Assembly: GCA_965243395.1 (NCBI GenBank)
Contig: CBDEUS010000002.1
Span: 107,444-171,443 of the forward strand
Direction: 5' to 3'
DNA length: 64,000 nucleotides
Source: Gammaproteobacteria bacterium
GTDB lineage: Bacteria > Pseudomonadota > Gammaproteobacteria > UBA4575
A program made the translations under genes and the position numbers. Below, piece after piece: positions 1-10,320 of the stretch (position 1 is its first letter; every line of letters starts with the position of its first letter). Below the pieces are notes generated by a model. It saw nothing but the letters and a program-made list of their open reading frames with translations, did not search any database and was not told where the DNA came from.

Positions 1-362
1 GGAAGCCATTCCATCGTTGCATTTTCTTTGACGACAATATTTTGATTTTGAAATGCAGTATGCCCATTTGATTGATAAAATTTATTTGCTGCAGGTGTTG
101 TAATAAGTGTAGAAGTATTTTTCTTGCAGCTTACATCTATATTTAAGCTATCTCCTCCGACGACTCCTCCAGGAGGATGTAATATATATAAGTGACATGT
201 TTCTGCTTCAGGATAAAAAGCGCGCTGAATTCTCAAAGGCCCTTCATGTCGAAGCTTGTCCAGAACGGTTCTATCGTGTTTTTTTTGCAAGCTCAACTGT
301 AATCTTGCTTCCCAGTTACTAGACGGGACTTCATCAACACGATTTTTAGCTACAGCAAGCAC
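1..362 (-). CDS. ureD: urease accessory protein UreD/UreH, N-terminal part (gene continues left of window)
   Basis: minus-strand translation of 1-362 reads ...WEARLQLSLQKKHDRTVLDKLRHEGPLRIQRAFYPEAETCHLYILHPPGGVVGGDSLNIDV..., the conserved UreD N-terminal region; probable GTG start at 362; in-frame stop just upstream. Confidence 0.6.
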   Translation of the reverse strand, partial: MLAVAKNRVDEVPSSNWEARLQLSLQKKHDRTVLDKLRHEGPLRIQRAFYPEAETCHLYILHPPGGVVGGDSLNIDVSCKKNTSTLITTPAANKFYQSNGHTAFQNQNIVVKENATMEWL

Positions 363-366
363 AAGG

Positions 367-573
367 TTATTTTTTGCGAGTTTTATTATTTAAAAATGCC
401 TTACAAATACCAACACCTACGAACAACAAAACTAACGCAATAACTGTATATGCAAGCAAGTTTTGTGAATTAGCCAACGCATCATGAGGCCAATGCCCGG
501 GATGTGCGAATAAGCTTATTGGCACTATTATTCCGGCAATAATTGATAAAATTATAATATAGGGTTTAATCAC
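367..573 (-). CDS. small two-helix membrane protein with HPGHWPHD motif (possible HupE/UreJ-like fragment)
   Basis: 68-aa ORF, two hydrophobic segments, His-rich HPGHWPHD between them; sits between ureD and urtE. Confidence 0.3.
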   Translation of the reverse strand: MIKPYIIILSIIAGIIVPISLFAHPGHWPHDALANSQNLLAYTVIALVLLFVGVGICKAFLNNKTRKK

Positions 574-599
574 ATTTACTCCTTATTAAGAATAGACAA

Positions 600-1283
600 T
601 TATACTTTTAAATAGCGATCGATAAGATCATCGTTTAGTTCGTTTATCTTTCCTCCCGCCATCATGGAGCCTTTTTCCATAATGCTGAAATCACTTGCTA
701 CTTTTCTGGCGAAAGGTAATTTTTGTTCTACTAATAATACAGTCAAGCCAAGATCTTTATTCAGTTTGTTTATGATATCGCCTATTTCTGAAACAATATT
801 AGGCTGAATACCTTCCGTGGGTTCATCCAGAATTAAGAGCTCAGGCTCTATTGCCAATGCCCTGCCAATTGCCAACTGCTGCTGTTGCCCTCCTGACAAA
901 TCTCCGCCTCTACGATTTAACATTTCTTTTAATACTGGAAATAGCTCATATATTAATGTGGGTAATTTTTTACCTGATGCAATTAATCCTGTTGCTAAAT
1001 TTTCCTCAACGGTTAACTGTGAAAATATTTCTCTACCTTGAGGAACATATGCAATTTTGTGACGAGCTCGTTGCTCTGAGGGTTTGGATGAAAACTCAAT
1101 TCCATTAAATTTAATTTCTCCATTTTTAACTGGCTCTAGACCCATAATACATTTAAGAAGTGTTGTCTTACCGACTCCATTTCTTCCCATTAAACACATG
1201 CACGCCCCTTTCTCGATTTCCATATCGATATTCCAAAGCGTATGACTTTCACCATAATAATGATCAAGATTGCTAATTTTCAC
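600..1283 (-). CDS. urtE: urea ABC transporter ATP-binding protein UrtE
   Basis: Walker A GRNGVGKTT, ABC signature LSGGQQQ, LivF-type; last gene of urt operon. Confidence 0.85.
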   Translation of the reverse strand: MKISNLDHYYGESHTLWNIDMEIEKGACMCLMGRNGVGKTTLLKCIMGLEPVKNGEIKFNGIEFSSKPSEQRARHKIAYVPQGREIFSQLTVEENLATGLIASGKKLPTLIYELFPVLKEMLNRRGGDLSGGQQQQLAIGRALAIEPELLILDEPTEGIQPNIVSEIGDIINKLNKDLGLTVLLVEQKLPFARKVASDFSIMEKGSMMAGGKINELNDDLIDRYLKV

Positions 1284-2065
1284 TGTTCACCCAAATATAC
1301 TTCGATCACTTTTTGATTATTTTGCACGCTGTCCATAGAACCCTCCGCCAATACACTGCCTTGATGTAGCACAGTTACTCGGTTAGCTAGTGAGCGTACA
1401 AATTCCATATCATGTTCCACCACTACTACAGAATGTTTTTCAGCAAGCTTTGTTAACAGCTCCGCAGTATGTTCTGACTCTTGTTTAGTCATTCCTGCAA
1501 CAGGCTCATCCACCAACAGTAGTTTAGGGTTTTGCATAAGCAACATGCCTATTTCTAACCATTGCTTTTGTCCATGCGAAAGTTCGCCTGCTTCACGAGA
1601 TAAATAATCTTGCAAGGCAATAATTTCGAGTACCTCATGAATTCTATCGTTGTCTTCAGCTGTTAATTTGAAAAATAAATTTTCAAATACTTTTCTTCTA
1701 CCTTCCAAAGCGAGTTTTAAATTTTCAAAAACGGTATGATTTTCAAATACAGTGGGCTTTTGAAATTTACGACCAATCCCTAAATTAGCAATATCCGCTT
1801 CACTGGTTACGGTAAGATCTGTCATGTCATCGAAAATGACTCTTCCCTCATCCGGTCGTGTTTTGCCTGTGATGATATCCATCATGGTTGTTTTACCGGC
1901 ACCATTGGGTCCGATAATACTTCTTAACTCATTTTTATTTACATAAAGGCTCAAATTGTTTATTGCTTTAAAGCCATCAAAACTTACTGTCACACCATCC
2001 AGATATAGAATACTTTCATCAGGCAAATGTAATGCAGAGGGTTCTTGAACACTTGGAATAGTCAT
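1280..2065 (-). CDS. urtD: urea ABC transporter ATP-binding protein UrtD
   Basis: Walker A GPNGAGKTT, signature LSHGQKQ, LivG-type; 4-nt overlap with urtE. Confidence 0.85.
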   Translation of the reverse strand: MTIPSVQEPSALHLPDESILYLDGVTVSFDGFKAINNLSLYVNKNELRSIIGPNGAGKTTMMDIITGKTRPDEGRVIFDDMTDLTVTSEADIANLGIGRKFQKPTVFENHTVFENLKLALEGRRKVFENLFFKLTAEDNDRIHEVLEIIALQDYLSREAGELSHGQKQWLEIGMLLMQNPKLLLVDEPVAGMTKQESEHTAELLTKLAEKHSVVVVEHDMEFVRSLANRVTVLHQGSVLAEGSMDSVQNNQKVIEVYLGEQ

Positions 2066-2069
2066 AACA

Positions 2070-3212
2070 TTAACCTACATTTACTTTTTTTGTGTCGGGT
2101 TCAATAGGTTTACTAGACTTTGTCGCAAAGTTTTTAACTGCTCCTACAATTCCTTTTGGCAAAAACAGCGTCACAAAAACAAACAGGCCGCCTAACATGA
2201 ACAACCAAACCTCGGGAGCAGCCGCAGTGAAATATGTTTTAGCGAAATTAACCACTACTGCACCTAAGGCAGCACCATACAGTGTGCCTCTTCCCCCAAT
2301 GGCCACCCAAATCACCATTTCGATTGAATTGATTGGTGAAAATTCACCTGGGTTAATAATGCCAACCTGCGGAACATAAAGCGCGCCTGCAAGGCCTGCT
2401 AACATGGCAGCTACTACAAAGACGAATAATTTGATGTATTCATCTCTATAACCTAAAGCGCGCACCCTACCTTCCGAGTCACGTATAGCGGTTACCAGAC
2501 TTCCAAGTCTTGATTGCACAATAAACTTACAAATCAGGTAACCAAAAATTACCGCAAGACCTGAACAAATGAATAGCACAACTCGTGTTGCATCAGACTG
2601 AAGATCAAATCCTAAAATATCTTTAAAGTCTGTGAGTCCGTTGTTACCGCCAAAACCAAAATTATTTCTAAAAAATGCAAGCATGAGTGCATACGTTAAC
2701 GCTTGAGTAATGATGGATAAATAAACTCCCGTTACCCTGGAGCGAAATGCAAGCCACCCAAATACAAAAGCAAGCAAACCGGGTACAAAGAAAATCATAA
2801 TGAAAGCAAACCAAAACATATCAAAGCCATACCAGAACCATGGCAACTCTTTATAATTCAAGAAAACCATAAAATCCGGTAATACTGGGTGGCCATAAAC
2901 ACCGCGATCACCAATTTGCCTCATGAGATACATCCCCATTGCGTACCCACCTAATCCAAAAAATGCTCCATGTCCTAAACTCAAAATTCCCAAATACCCC
3001 CAAACGAGATCTAAAGAAATTGCGAGTAATGCGTAGGTTAAATATTTGCCAACCAAGGTAACAACGTAAGTAGACATGTGAAATACAGATGTCTCTGGCA
3101 CAACTAAATTGCAGAAAGGGACTATCACCATAAGAGCTAAAATAACTGCTAGAAAGTAGCGACCTCCTTTATCGATTTCTAATAAACGAAAAATGATGGG
3201 CTTGTATTTCAT
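2070..3212 (-). CDS. urtC: urea ABC transporter permease UrtC
   Basis: 380-aa polytopic LivM-type permease between urtB and urtD. Confidence 0.8.
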   Translation of the reverse strand: MKYKPIIFRLLEIDKGGRYFLAVILALMVIVPFCNLVVPETSVFHMSTYVVTLVGKYLTYALLAISLDLVWGYLGILSLGHGAFFGLGGYAMGMYLMRQIGDRGVYGHPVLPDFMVFLNYKELPWFWYGFDMFWFAFIMIFFVPGLLAFVFGWLAFRSRVTGVYLSIITQALTYALMLAFFRNNFGFGGNNGLTDFKDILGFDLQSDATRVVLFICSGLAVIFGYLICKFIVQSRLGSLVTAIRDSEGRVRALGYRDEYIKLFVFVVAAMLAGLAGALYVPQVGIINPGEFSPINSIEMVIWVAIGGRGTLYGAALGAVVVNFAKTYFTAAAPEVWLFMLGGLFVFVTLFLPKGIVGAVKNFATKSSKPIEPDTKKVNVG

Positions 3213-3214
3213 TT

Positions 3215-4846
3215 TTAACTTTCTGCCGCTCTACCCTTAAGTGCAAACATGCCTCTTGGATACTTTTGTATAAATAAAATAATAAAAATAAGCACGAGAA
3301 TTTTTGCAAACACAGCGCCCGTAAAGGGTTCCATAAATTTGTTAGCGATTCCTAATGTCATGGCGCCAAAGAATGTTCCCCATAAATTTCCAACACCACC
3401 AAAGACAACAACCATGAATGAATCAACAATGTAAGCCTGTCCTAAATTTGGCCCCACGTTTGTAAGCTGGCTAAGTGCCACACCACCAACACCTGCAATT
3501 CCAGAACCCAAACCAAAAGTTAGTGAGTCAACCCAGTTGGTTCGGATGCCCATTGCTTTAGCCATGTTGCGATTCTGGGTTACCGCGCGCATTTGTAACC
3601 CAAATGAAGTTTTCTTAAGTAACCACAGCAACGCAAATAAAACCAATAAGGCAAACAAAACAATGTACATTCTGTTATAGGTAAGAGATAAAGCCGGATT
3701 GAATTCATATGACCCGCTCATCCAATCCGGTGTAATCACAGAACGATTAAGCGGTGAAAAGATTGATCGAACCGCCTGTTGCAGAATTAAACTTAAACCA
3801 AATGTCGCCAATAAAGTTTCAAGAGGTCTGCCATATAAATATCGAATGATCCCACGCTCTATACCTATCCCTACTAAACCTGTAAATATAAATGCAGCCG
3901 GAATAGCGATGAATAATGAATATTCAATCGAATTTGGCATGAGTTGCTGAATGACAAACGTCGTATAGGCACCCAGCATTAACATTTCTCCATGAGCCAT
4001 ATTAATTACACCCATTACACCAAACGTTATCGCCAAGCCCACTGCCGCAAGCAGTAAGACTGATCCTAAACTCAAGCCAAAAAAGATATTTTCGATTTGT
4101 TTATAAAATCCCTTCTTAAGTTTCGTGGACTGTATGGACTCATCTAATGCTTCTAGAAGTTCTGTATCTTTTTCAGGTTTTGCAAGTTGTTCAGCATTTA
4201 ATTTATCAAGCAAAATACCAATCTCTGGATAAAGAGATCCTGACAATGATTTTATGGCATGAACTTGTGTGTCTCGATCATCAGATTGCGCATCCACTGC
4301 GTGGATACAAATTTGCATAAGCTGTCTAACGTCTTCATCAGATTCCTGCTTGACTGCGTTTCTTATTATTTCGATTGACGATGGATTAAGATTTTTTAAG
4401 ATATTTCTTGTTGCTTGTAAGCGAGTTTCTTTATTTTCGCTATAAATAGTTAGCGCTGCTATTTTTTCATTTAACAAGCCGCGTAATTTATTATTTATTC
4501 CTACTTTTCTAAGCTCTTTCTTTTTCTTTTCACCTAACGCTTCATTATTTATTGGATCAAATGTTTTAAAATTTTTTGAATTAATCTTTTCAATTTTGAC
4601 AACTTGTTTGTCTTTTTTTCCGTAATACAACTTCCCATCTAATAAGTTAGATAAGATACTCAGCGCAGACGGATGCCCAGAATCAGAAATAGCATCAATT
4701 GCTTTTGTTTTATCTGAAAAGCTTTTGGAAGTTAAAAGCTCAAAACTGCCTTCAAGTGAGTTGATATTTTCAGAAGACTCACTTGCAAATAAATTGTGTG
4801 TCGAGAACACAAAAAGCAACAGCATTACAGAGTAAAGCTTCATCAT
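3215..4846 (-). CDS. urtB: urea ABC transporter permease UrtB with ~250-aa N-terminal secreted extension
   Basis: C-terminal ~290 aa LivH-type permease; N-terminus has signal peptide plus helical repeat-like domain. Confidence 0.8.
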   Translation of the reverse strand: MMKLYSVMLLLFVFSTHNLFASESSENINSLEGSFELLTSKSFSDKTKAIDAISDSGHPSALSILSNLLDGKLYYGKKDKQVVKIEKINSKNFKTFDPINNEALGEKKKKELRKVGINNKLRGLLNEKIAALTIYSENKETRLQATRNILKNLNPSSIEIIRNAVKQESDEDVRQLMQICIHAVDAQSDDRDTQVHAIKSLSGSLYPEIGILLDKLNAEQLAKPEKDTELLEALDESIQSTKLKKGFYKQIENIFFGLSLGSVLLLAAVGLAITFGVMGVINMAHGEMLMLGAYTTFVIQQLMPNSIEYSLFIAIPAAFIFTGLVGIGIERGIIRYLYGRPLETLLATFGLSLILQQAVRSIFSPLNRSVITPDWMSGSYEFNPALSLTYNRMYIVLFALLVLFALLWLLKKTSFGLQMRAVTQNRNMAKAMGIRTNWVDSLTFGLGSGIAGVGGVALSQLTNVGPNLGQAYIVDSFMVVVFGGVGNLWGTFFGAMTLGIANKFMEPFTGAVFAKILVLIFIILFIQKYPRGMFALKGRAAES

Positions 4847-4954
4847 TTGAGCCTGGATTTGTTATTATTTTAATTGGCGCCACCCCCTCAGTAGAGGATG
4901 GCGCAAGTTTGATTATAGTTTAAGAACAACTATATTTTTAGGGGGATACTGTGT

Positions 4955-6244
4955 TTAGTAATTCTGACCTGAGCATTTTTTAGTCTCAGTATTGTAATTA
5001 CCGCAGTTAATGGGATCAGTCCAGTCTGCAACAATAATCTTGCTTTCTGGTAACCAATCCGTCCAAGCATCTCCTTCAACTTCACCATCAGTCGACCAAA
5101 CAATATCAAATTGACCGTCATCTTGAATCTCACCGATTAAGACTGGCTTTGATAAGTGATGGTTGGGGTGCATGATAGCCGTTCCACCCGTTAGATTAGG
5201 TACTTCAATTCCGTATAACGCGGGGCGCACGGTATCAACATCGGTAGAACCTACTTTCTCAACCGCTTTTGCCCACATCTTGAAACCGATATAGGTCGCT
5301 TCCATTGGATCATTTGTTACACGATCTTCATCACCAATAAATCCGTGCCATGCTTCAATGAATTCGTCGTTTACTTCAGACTCAGCACTCATGAAGTAAT
5401 TCCAGGCTGCTAAGTGTCCAACCAAAGGACCAGTATCAATACCAGATAGTTCTTCTTCACCTACTGAAAATGCAACAACTGGAATGTCCTCTGCAGACAA
5501 GCCCTGGTTACCAAGTTCTTTGTAGAACGGAACATTTGCATCACCATTAATGGTCGAAACCACAGCAGTTTTCTTTCCTGCTGATCCAAAAGATTTAATG
5601 TCTGAAACAATGGTTTGCCAGTCAGAATGTCCGAATGGCGTGTAGTTAATCATGATGTCTTCTTCAGCAACACCTTTTTGCTTTAAGTAAGACTCCAGAA
5701 TTTTGTTAGTCGTACGTGGATATACATAATCCGTACCCGCTAATACCCAACGTTCTGCACCTACTTCATTCATTAAATAGTCAACAGCTGGAATTGCCTG
5801 TTGGTTTGGTGCAGCACCTGTATAGAAAACATTTTTAGAAGACTCTTCACCTTCATACTGAACTGGATAAAAAAGCAATCCATTCAACTCTTCTACAACG
5901 GGTAATACGGATTTACGTGATACTGAAGTCCAGCAGCCGAATATCACATCGACTTTATGTACTTCGATTAATTCACGCATTTTTTCCGCAAATAATGGCC
6001 AGTCTGATGCCGGATCAACAACAACCGCTTCGAGTTCCTTTCCTAGTAATCCACCGGCTTTATTCTGTTCTTCTACCATCATTAAAACCGTATCTTTAAG
6101 TGTGGTTTCACTAATTGCCATGGTCCCTGATAACGAATGCAAAACCCCAACTTTAATTATATCGGCAGACAAACCAATCTGAGGTATAAACATGATTAGT
6201 ACTGCCATGAGTATTGTTTTAAACAAGGGCACTTCTTTCCTCAT
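4955..6244 (-). CDS. urtA: urea ABC transporter substrate-binding protein UrtA
   Basis: 429-aa periplasmic binding protein with signal peptide, first gene of operon. Confidence 0.85.
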   Translation of the reverse strand: MRKEVPLFKTILMAVLIMFIPQIGLSADIIKVGVLHSLSGTMAISETTLKDTVLMMVEEQNKAGGLLGKELEAVVVDPASDWPLFAEKMRELIEVHKVDVIFGCWTSVSRKSVLPVVEELNGLLFYPVQYEGEESSKNVFYTGAAPNQQAIPAVDYLMNEVGAERWVLAGTDYVYPRTTNKILESYLKQKGVAEEDIMINYTPFGHSDWQTIVSDIKSFGSAGKKTAVVSTINGDANVPFYKELGNQGLSAEDIPVVAFSVGEEELSGIDTGPLVGHLAAWNYFMSAESEVNDEFIEAWHGFIGDEDRVTNDPMEATYIGFKMWAKAVEKVGSTDVDTVRPALYGIEVPNLTGGTAIMHPNHHLSKPVLIGEIQDDGQFDIVWSTDGEVEGDAWTDWLPESKIIVADWTDPINCGNYNTETKKCSGQNY

Positions 6245-6358
6245 TTTACTTCTCCTGAGTTTTTTAAATTTTTAATGCTTCATGAAAGTAAAATCTCATT
6301 AATTACTACTCTCACAAACTCACACTTGTACAAATTTGCACAATTGCTCTACATTGGA

Positions 6359-6374
6359 GCAATATGTATGCCAA
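6359..6374 (-). promoter_or_regulatory. sigma-54 (-24/-12) promoter for urtA operon
   Basis: minus strand reads cTTGGCATacataTTGCTcc = TGGCAT-N5-TTGCT, matching the TGGCAC-N5-TTGCW consensus with correct spacing, ~115 nt upstream of urtA start. Confidence 0.6.
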
Positions 6375-6467
6375 GTAATAGAATTGACTGAATACAATAA
6401 GAAGATCAGTCGCTTACCGAAATTTTTAAGGTTTTATCGTTGACCTGAATTTCTGATATCGAATGAA

Positions 6468-6484
6468 TTGCACAGATATAGTGC
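6468..6484. promoter_or_regulatory. NtrC-type enhancer palindrome upstream of the sigma-54 promoter
   Basis: TGCACAGATATAGTGCA (TGCAC-N7-GTGCA) ~100 bp upstream of the -24/-12 element; a further GTGCA half-site follows at 6489-6493. Confidence 0.5.
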
Positions 6485-6580
6485 ATAGATGTGCAGTATT
6501 AGAGCATTGGGGTTAAGTAAGATACGAGTTAGGTTGGAAGTAGAATGTTTATACAAACATCCGCAAATAAAGACAAATAT

Positions 6581-7168
6581 TTAATCAACCGTTATATATA
6601 TATTTTTAAATTCATAATACGAATTTTCATGTGCATGAACTATGGTTTCTCCAGATTCTATTTCTAGATACCACACTAAAGTATTCCATATATCTTCACA
6701 CTTAATTTCGAGCGTATTGTATTTTCCCCGAATGGTTTCGACCTGATAACTCAACCCAACTTTACATGTTCTAACTAAAACCTGATCGCCTAAATTTATT
6801 TTAAAATAAAATTTCCTATCCTTTTCCAACGGCCATATTCTCCCGCCATACTCAACAGTAACAGCATTGTCTTGAAAGGGCTTACAGTTTTTCCACAAGC
6901 TCGGAAATGAAAATTGAAAAAGTCTTTTAATAATGCAACCTTCGTTATCAATCCATGTGAGGCCGCTCTTATCTATCGCTGTGAGGGTTGATTTATAGGG
7001 TTTGCCATTTAGTAATGCTGAATATGTATCACCGATTTCAACTTTCTCCGGATGAAGAATTGTAAAAGTTTCATCAAGTTCAATTATTATCGGCTCATCA
7101 GCAAAGATATTTGCACTGAAAGTAATACTAGCCAGCAGCAAGAAATACTTTATACATCTCGTCAACAT
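6581..7168 (-). CDS. hypothetical secreted protein
   Basis: 195-aa ORF with N-terminal signal peptide, flanked by AT-rich intergenic DNA. Confidence 0.5.
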   Translation of the reverse strand: MLTRCIKYFLLLASITFSANIFADEPIIIELDETFTILHPEKVEIGDTYSALLNGKPYKSTLTAIDKSGLTWIDNEGCIIKRLFQFSFPSLWKNCKPFQDNAVTVEYGGRIWPLEKDRKFYFKINLGDQVLVRTCKVGLSYQVETIRGKYNTLEIKCEDIWNTLVWYLEIESGETIVHAHENSYYEFKNIYITVD

Positions 7169-7558
7169 AAGTTATCCAACTCCTAACAAGAAACATTTTT
7201 ATCTAAATTTATTTTTTCAAGCAGGTTGACTCATTCGATCTTATCCAAGGATTTATATACTTAGTGAGTCTCACAAGTTTTGTGATACATCAGTGTAAAT
7301 TTAAAAATAACTTTATTCTATTGTTTTGGAGTAACAAAAGAATATTTTGATTATCCTAATTAAGAAAATTTCTAACTTATAGTAAATTTCTTAAGTTATT
7401 CATAGGTTTGGCAAAAAGTAATTTGCAAATGAGAATATCTAATTTGTATAAAATTTTTTTTAATAAATATTTAAATCAATTTCATAACTGATAAACAATT
7501 ATCAATAGCCTTGAAACTCCAATTAATTTATTCGTATTTAATGCATACGAAGTAGGTT

Positions 7559-8959
7559 TTAAACGTGAACTTTAATCCACCTATTTTGACGAAAAATTAT
7601 CAATGAAATAACAGCCATAAGGCTTTCCGCAATAAAGATGGCCCAGAAAACACCATCGGGATGCTCAAGAACCTTCAATGAAAACCAGTATGCAAATGGG
7701 ATCTGAATTATCCAAAAACAAATAATATTTATCCAAGTGGGTGTATAGGTGTCACCCGCACCGTTAAAGGCTTGTATCATTGCCAATCCCAACCCATACA
7801 ACCCAAAACCGTAACTTAAAATACGCAAACATTTAGCACCAATATCAATGACATCTGCTTCATGAGTAAACAACCCGATAATAAATTCAGGAATTACAAT
7901 AAATACAAAAGAAATTAAAATCATTAAAGCAACGTTGTATTTAGTAACTTGATAGACCGCCTGTTTTGCTCTTTCTGTATTTTTTGCACCCAAATTTTGG
8001 CCGACTAATGTTGATACCGAATTACTCAAACCCCATACGGGCATAATAATAAAATCGATAACACGTATAGCAATGGTGTAACCCGCAAGTGCTGTACTGC
8101 CAAATTCCGCGATTATTTTCATTAAAAAAATCCAACTCGATGTGGCAATAAAAAATTGCAAAATTCCACCTATGGATACTTTTACCAATAACACGAGTTC
8201 ATCAATAACGAGGGTCAAATCTTTAAATGCTAATTGAATTCTTGAAGAACCTTTATACAAACTGTAAGCCACATACACTATTCCAATACCGCGCCCAAAA
8301 GTTGTGGCAATCGCAGCACCTTCTATACCCAACTTTGGAAAAGGACCTATGCCAAAAATCAAACACGGGTCTAAAAAAATGTTAATGATGCTTGCTATCC
8401 AAATTGCTTTCATAGCAATAACAGGATTCCCTGCGCCCCTGCATATTCCATTTAAAATAAATAACAACAGAATGGTTGCAGACCCGCCGAGCATAATAGC
8501 GGTATAACCATAATACTCATTTATGATTGTTTCAGAGGCGCCTACAAACGATAAAATATCTTTTGCAAATACGAAGCCACAAACTCCTATCACAATAGAA
8601 AGCACGATGCCTAACAATATTGATTGTCCGGCTAGTACTTTCGCACGTTGTATTTCATTTTCACCAATTCTTCTTGCCACTAGTGCTGTTACAGAAATGC
8701 TCAATCCAATTCCAATGGCATACAACAATGTAATCACGGCTTCCGTGATTCCCACCGTAGCCACAGCTTCGGTTCCAAGTTTGGCAACAAAGAAAATATC
8801 CGTGATCGCAAACAGGGCCTCTATAGAAGTTTCCAACATCATCGGAATCGCAAGAAGCACAACTGCTTTATTCAAAGGAATACGTGTATAGTCATACTCA
8901 TCACCCTGCAACGCAGACTTAACGAGCGCCCACCAATTCATTTGTTCAATCGTTTTCAT
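7559..8959 (-). CDS. MATE family efflux transporter
   Basis: 466 aa, 12 predicted TMs, MATE-like composition. Confidence 0.75.
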   Translation of the reverse strand: MKTIEQMNWWALVKSALQGDEYDYTRIPLNKAVVLLAIPMMLETSIEALFAITDIFFVAKLGTEAVATVGITEAVITLLYAIGIGLSISVTALVARRIGENEIQRAKVLAGQSILLGIVLSIVIGVCGFVFAKDILSFVGASETIINEYYGYTAIMLGGSATILLLFILNGICRGAGNPVIAMKAIWIASIINIFLDPCLIFGIGPFPKLGIEGAAIATTFGRGIGIVYVAYSLYKGSSRIQLAFKDLTLVIDELVLLVKVSIGGILQFFIATSSWIFLMKIIAEFGSTALAGYTIAIRVIDFIIMPVWGLSNSVSTLVGQNLGAKNTERAKQAVYQVTKYNVALMILISFVFIVIPEFIIGLFTHEADVIDIGAKCLRILSYGFGLYGLGLAMIQAFNGAGDTYTPTWINIICFWIIQIPFAYWFSLKVLEHPDGVFWAIFIAESLMAVISLIIFRQNRWIKVHV

Positions 8960-9888
8960 GATGCTTTACAACTTTTACAATTAAGTTCATTGCCTGCACA
9001 TAGTTTTGAAGATGACTTATTTGCAGGTAATTCAAAAAGAGCTAATCCAAACAAAATGAGCCCTCCACCAACAAAGATGGAAACCGATAGAGGCTCATTA
9101 TTTAAATAAGAACCCAGTAGTAAGGCACACACCGGTGTTATTAATGCTATGAGTGAAACTTTCACTGCATTTAACTTATTCAATATGTAGTAATACATTG
9201 AAAAACCGGCCGCAGTCGCGATAGCCCCTAAATACAAAATCGAGAGAACAGGTCGAGTAGTAAAATTGCCAACGGACTCACCCGATAATAAAAAAGTCAC
9301 CATGATTAATGGTACGGCTACAAGCAAACCTCCAAACGTAGATTGTGTTCCTGTAATAGGTGCATTGATTTTCTTCAGAATCACAGCACTTGTAGCATGC
9401 GCAACTGTACTCATTAGCATGGCAAGCACACCAAATATTGAATGGATACCCATAGCAGCACTGGTATGAAAAATTACAATTAACCCAATAATTCCTAAAA
9501 CCATTCCAAGTGTTTTATATTTTGTGAAATGGTTTTCATCTAATAAGACAATCGAAGCAACACCCGTGAAAATGGGGGATAAACCAAAAATCACAGAGAT
9601 CCATCCAGATGGAATGTATTGAGCACTCCAATATACAAGTGACATCGCAAAATAAATTCCCAAACCAGCAGCCAGATAGGCAACACAAGCTTGCATATTG
9701 AAAATTAGCTTTTGTCTGGAAACAGCAAATAATACGCCCAGCACAACAAGACCGAGACTCATACGAGACATCAGTCCAAATAACATTCCAGATTCAATGC
9801 TCCACTGGATAGCAAGAGGAGTAGTACTCCAAATCAGCATGACAGATATATAAGTTGTTTTAACCATTAGTAATTTTTCATAAGGCAA
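8956..9888 (-). CDS. DMT/EamA family transporter
   Basis: 310 aa, 10 TMs in two repeated halves; overlaps MATE start by 4 nt. Confidence 0.7.
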   Translation of the reverse strand: MPYEKLLMVKTTYISVMLIWSTTPLAIQWSIESGMLFGLMSRMSLGLVVLGVLFAVSRQKLIFNMQACVAYLAAGLGIYFAMSLVYWSAQYIPSGWISVIFGLSPIFTGVASIVLLDENHFTKYKTLGMVLGIIGLIVIFHTSAAMGIHSIFGVLAMLMSTVAHATSAVILKKINAPITGTQSTFGGLLVAVPLIMVTFLLSGESVGNFTTRPVLSILYLGAIATAAGFSMYYYILNKLNAVKVSLIALITPVCALLLGSYLNNEPLSVSIFVGGGLILFGLALFELPANKSSSKLCAGNELNCKSCKAS

Positions 9889-9918
9889 AAAAAAGGCCGC
9901 TAGTTTTACCTGCGGCCT
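9886..9918 (-). terminator. rho-independent terminator (minus-strand sense)
   Basis: AGGCCGC...GCGGCCT hairpin; minus strand reads hairpin then TTTTTTTT; downstream of the histidine-kinase gene. Confidence 0.5.
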
Positions 9919-10320
9919 TTCGAAACGAATTCTTTGATTCAGCTCAACATAAACACACAGGCAAGGAATTATCTGGACGCACTACCAGATCCCAAGTGAT
10001 TTTTAGTTTTGTGGCTGAAATATTCATGGCGCGAATTCTACATTTACATAATGCCAAGTCAATAGGATTTTCAAAATATTTAAATAAATATGGACGAGTG
10101 GTTAGTCAATTTTGACAGTAGAGTTACATATAAAAGTAATTGGTGTTTTAAACGATGTGAAAAATTTCGGATCTATATGTGTGATCCCCATCAACTTTAA
10201 CATCTTCCAATGCTCCCTTAGCCAAATCTATATCCGCTTGGCTATTTTCTATTAAATTATTCTTTCTGATAGATAGCCCATATCAATATCAGTTATATAT
10301 TAGGTTTTTTTAAGTTATTG

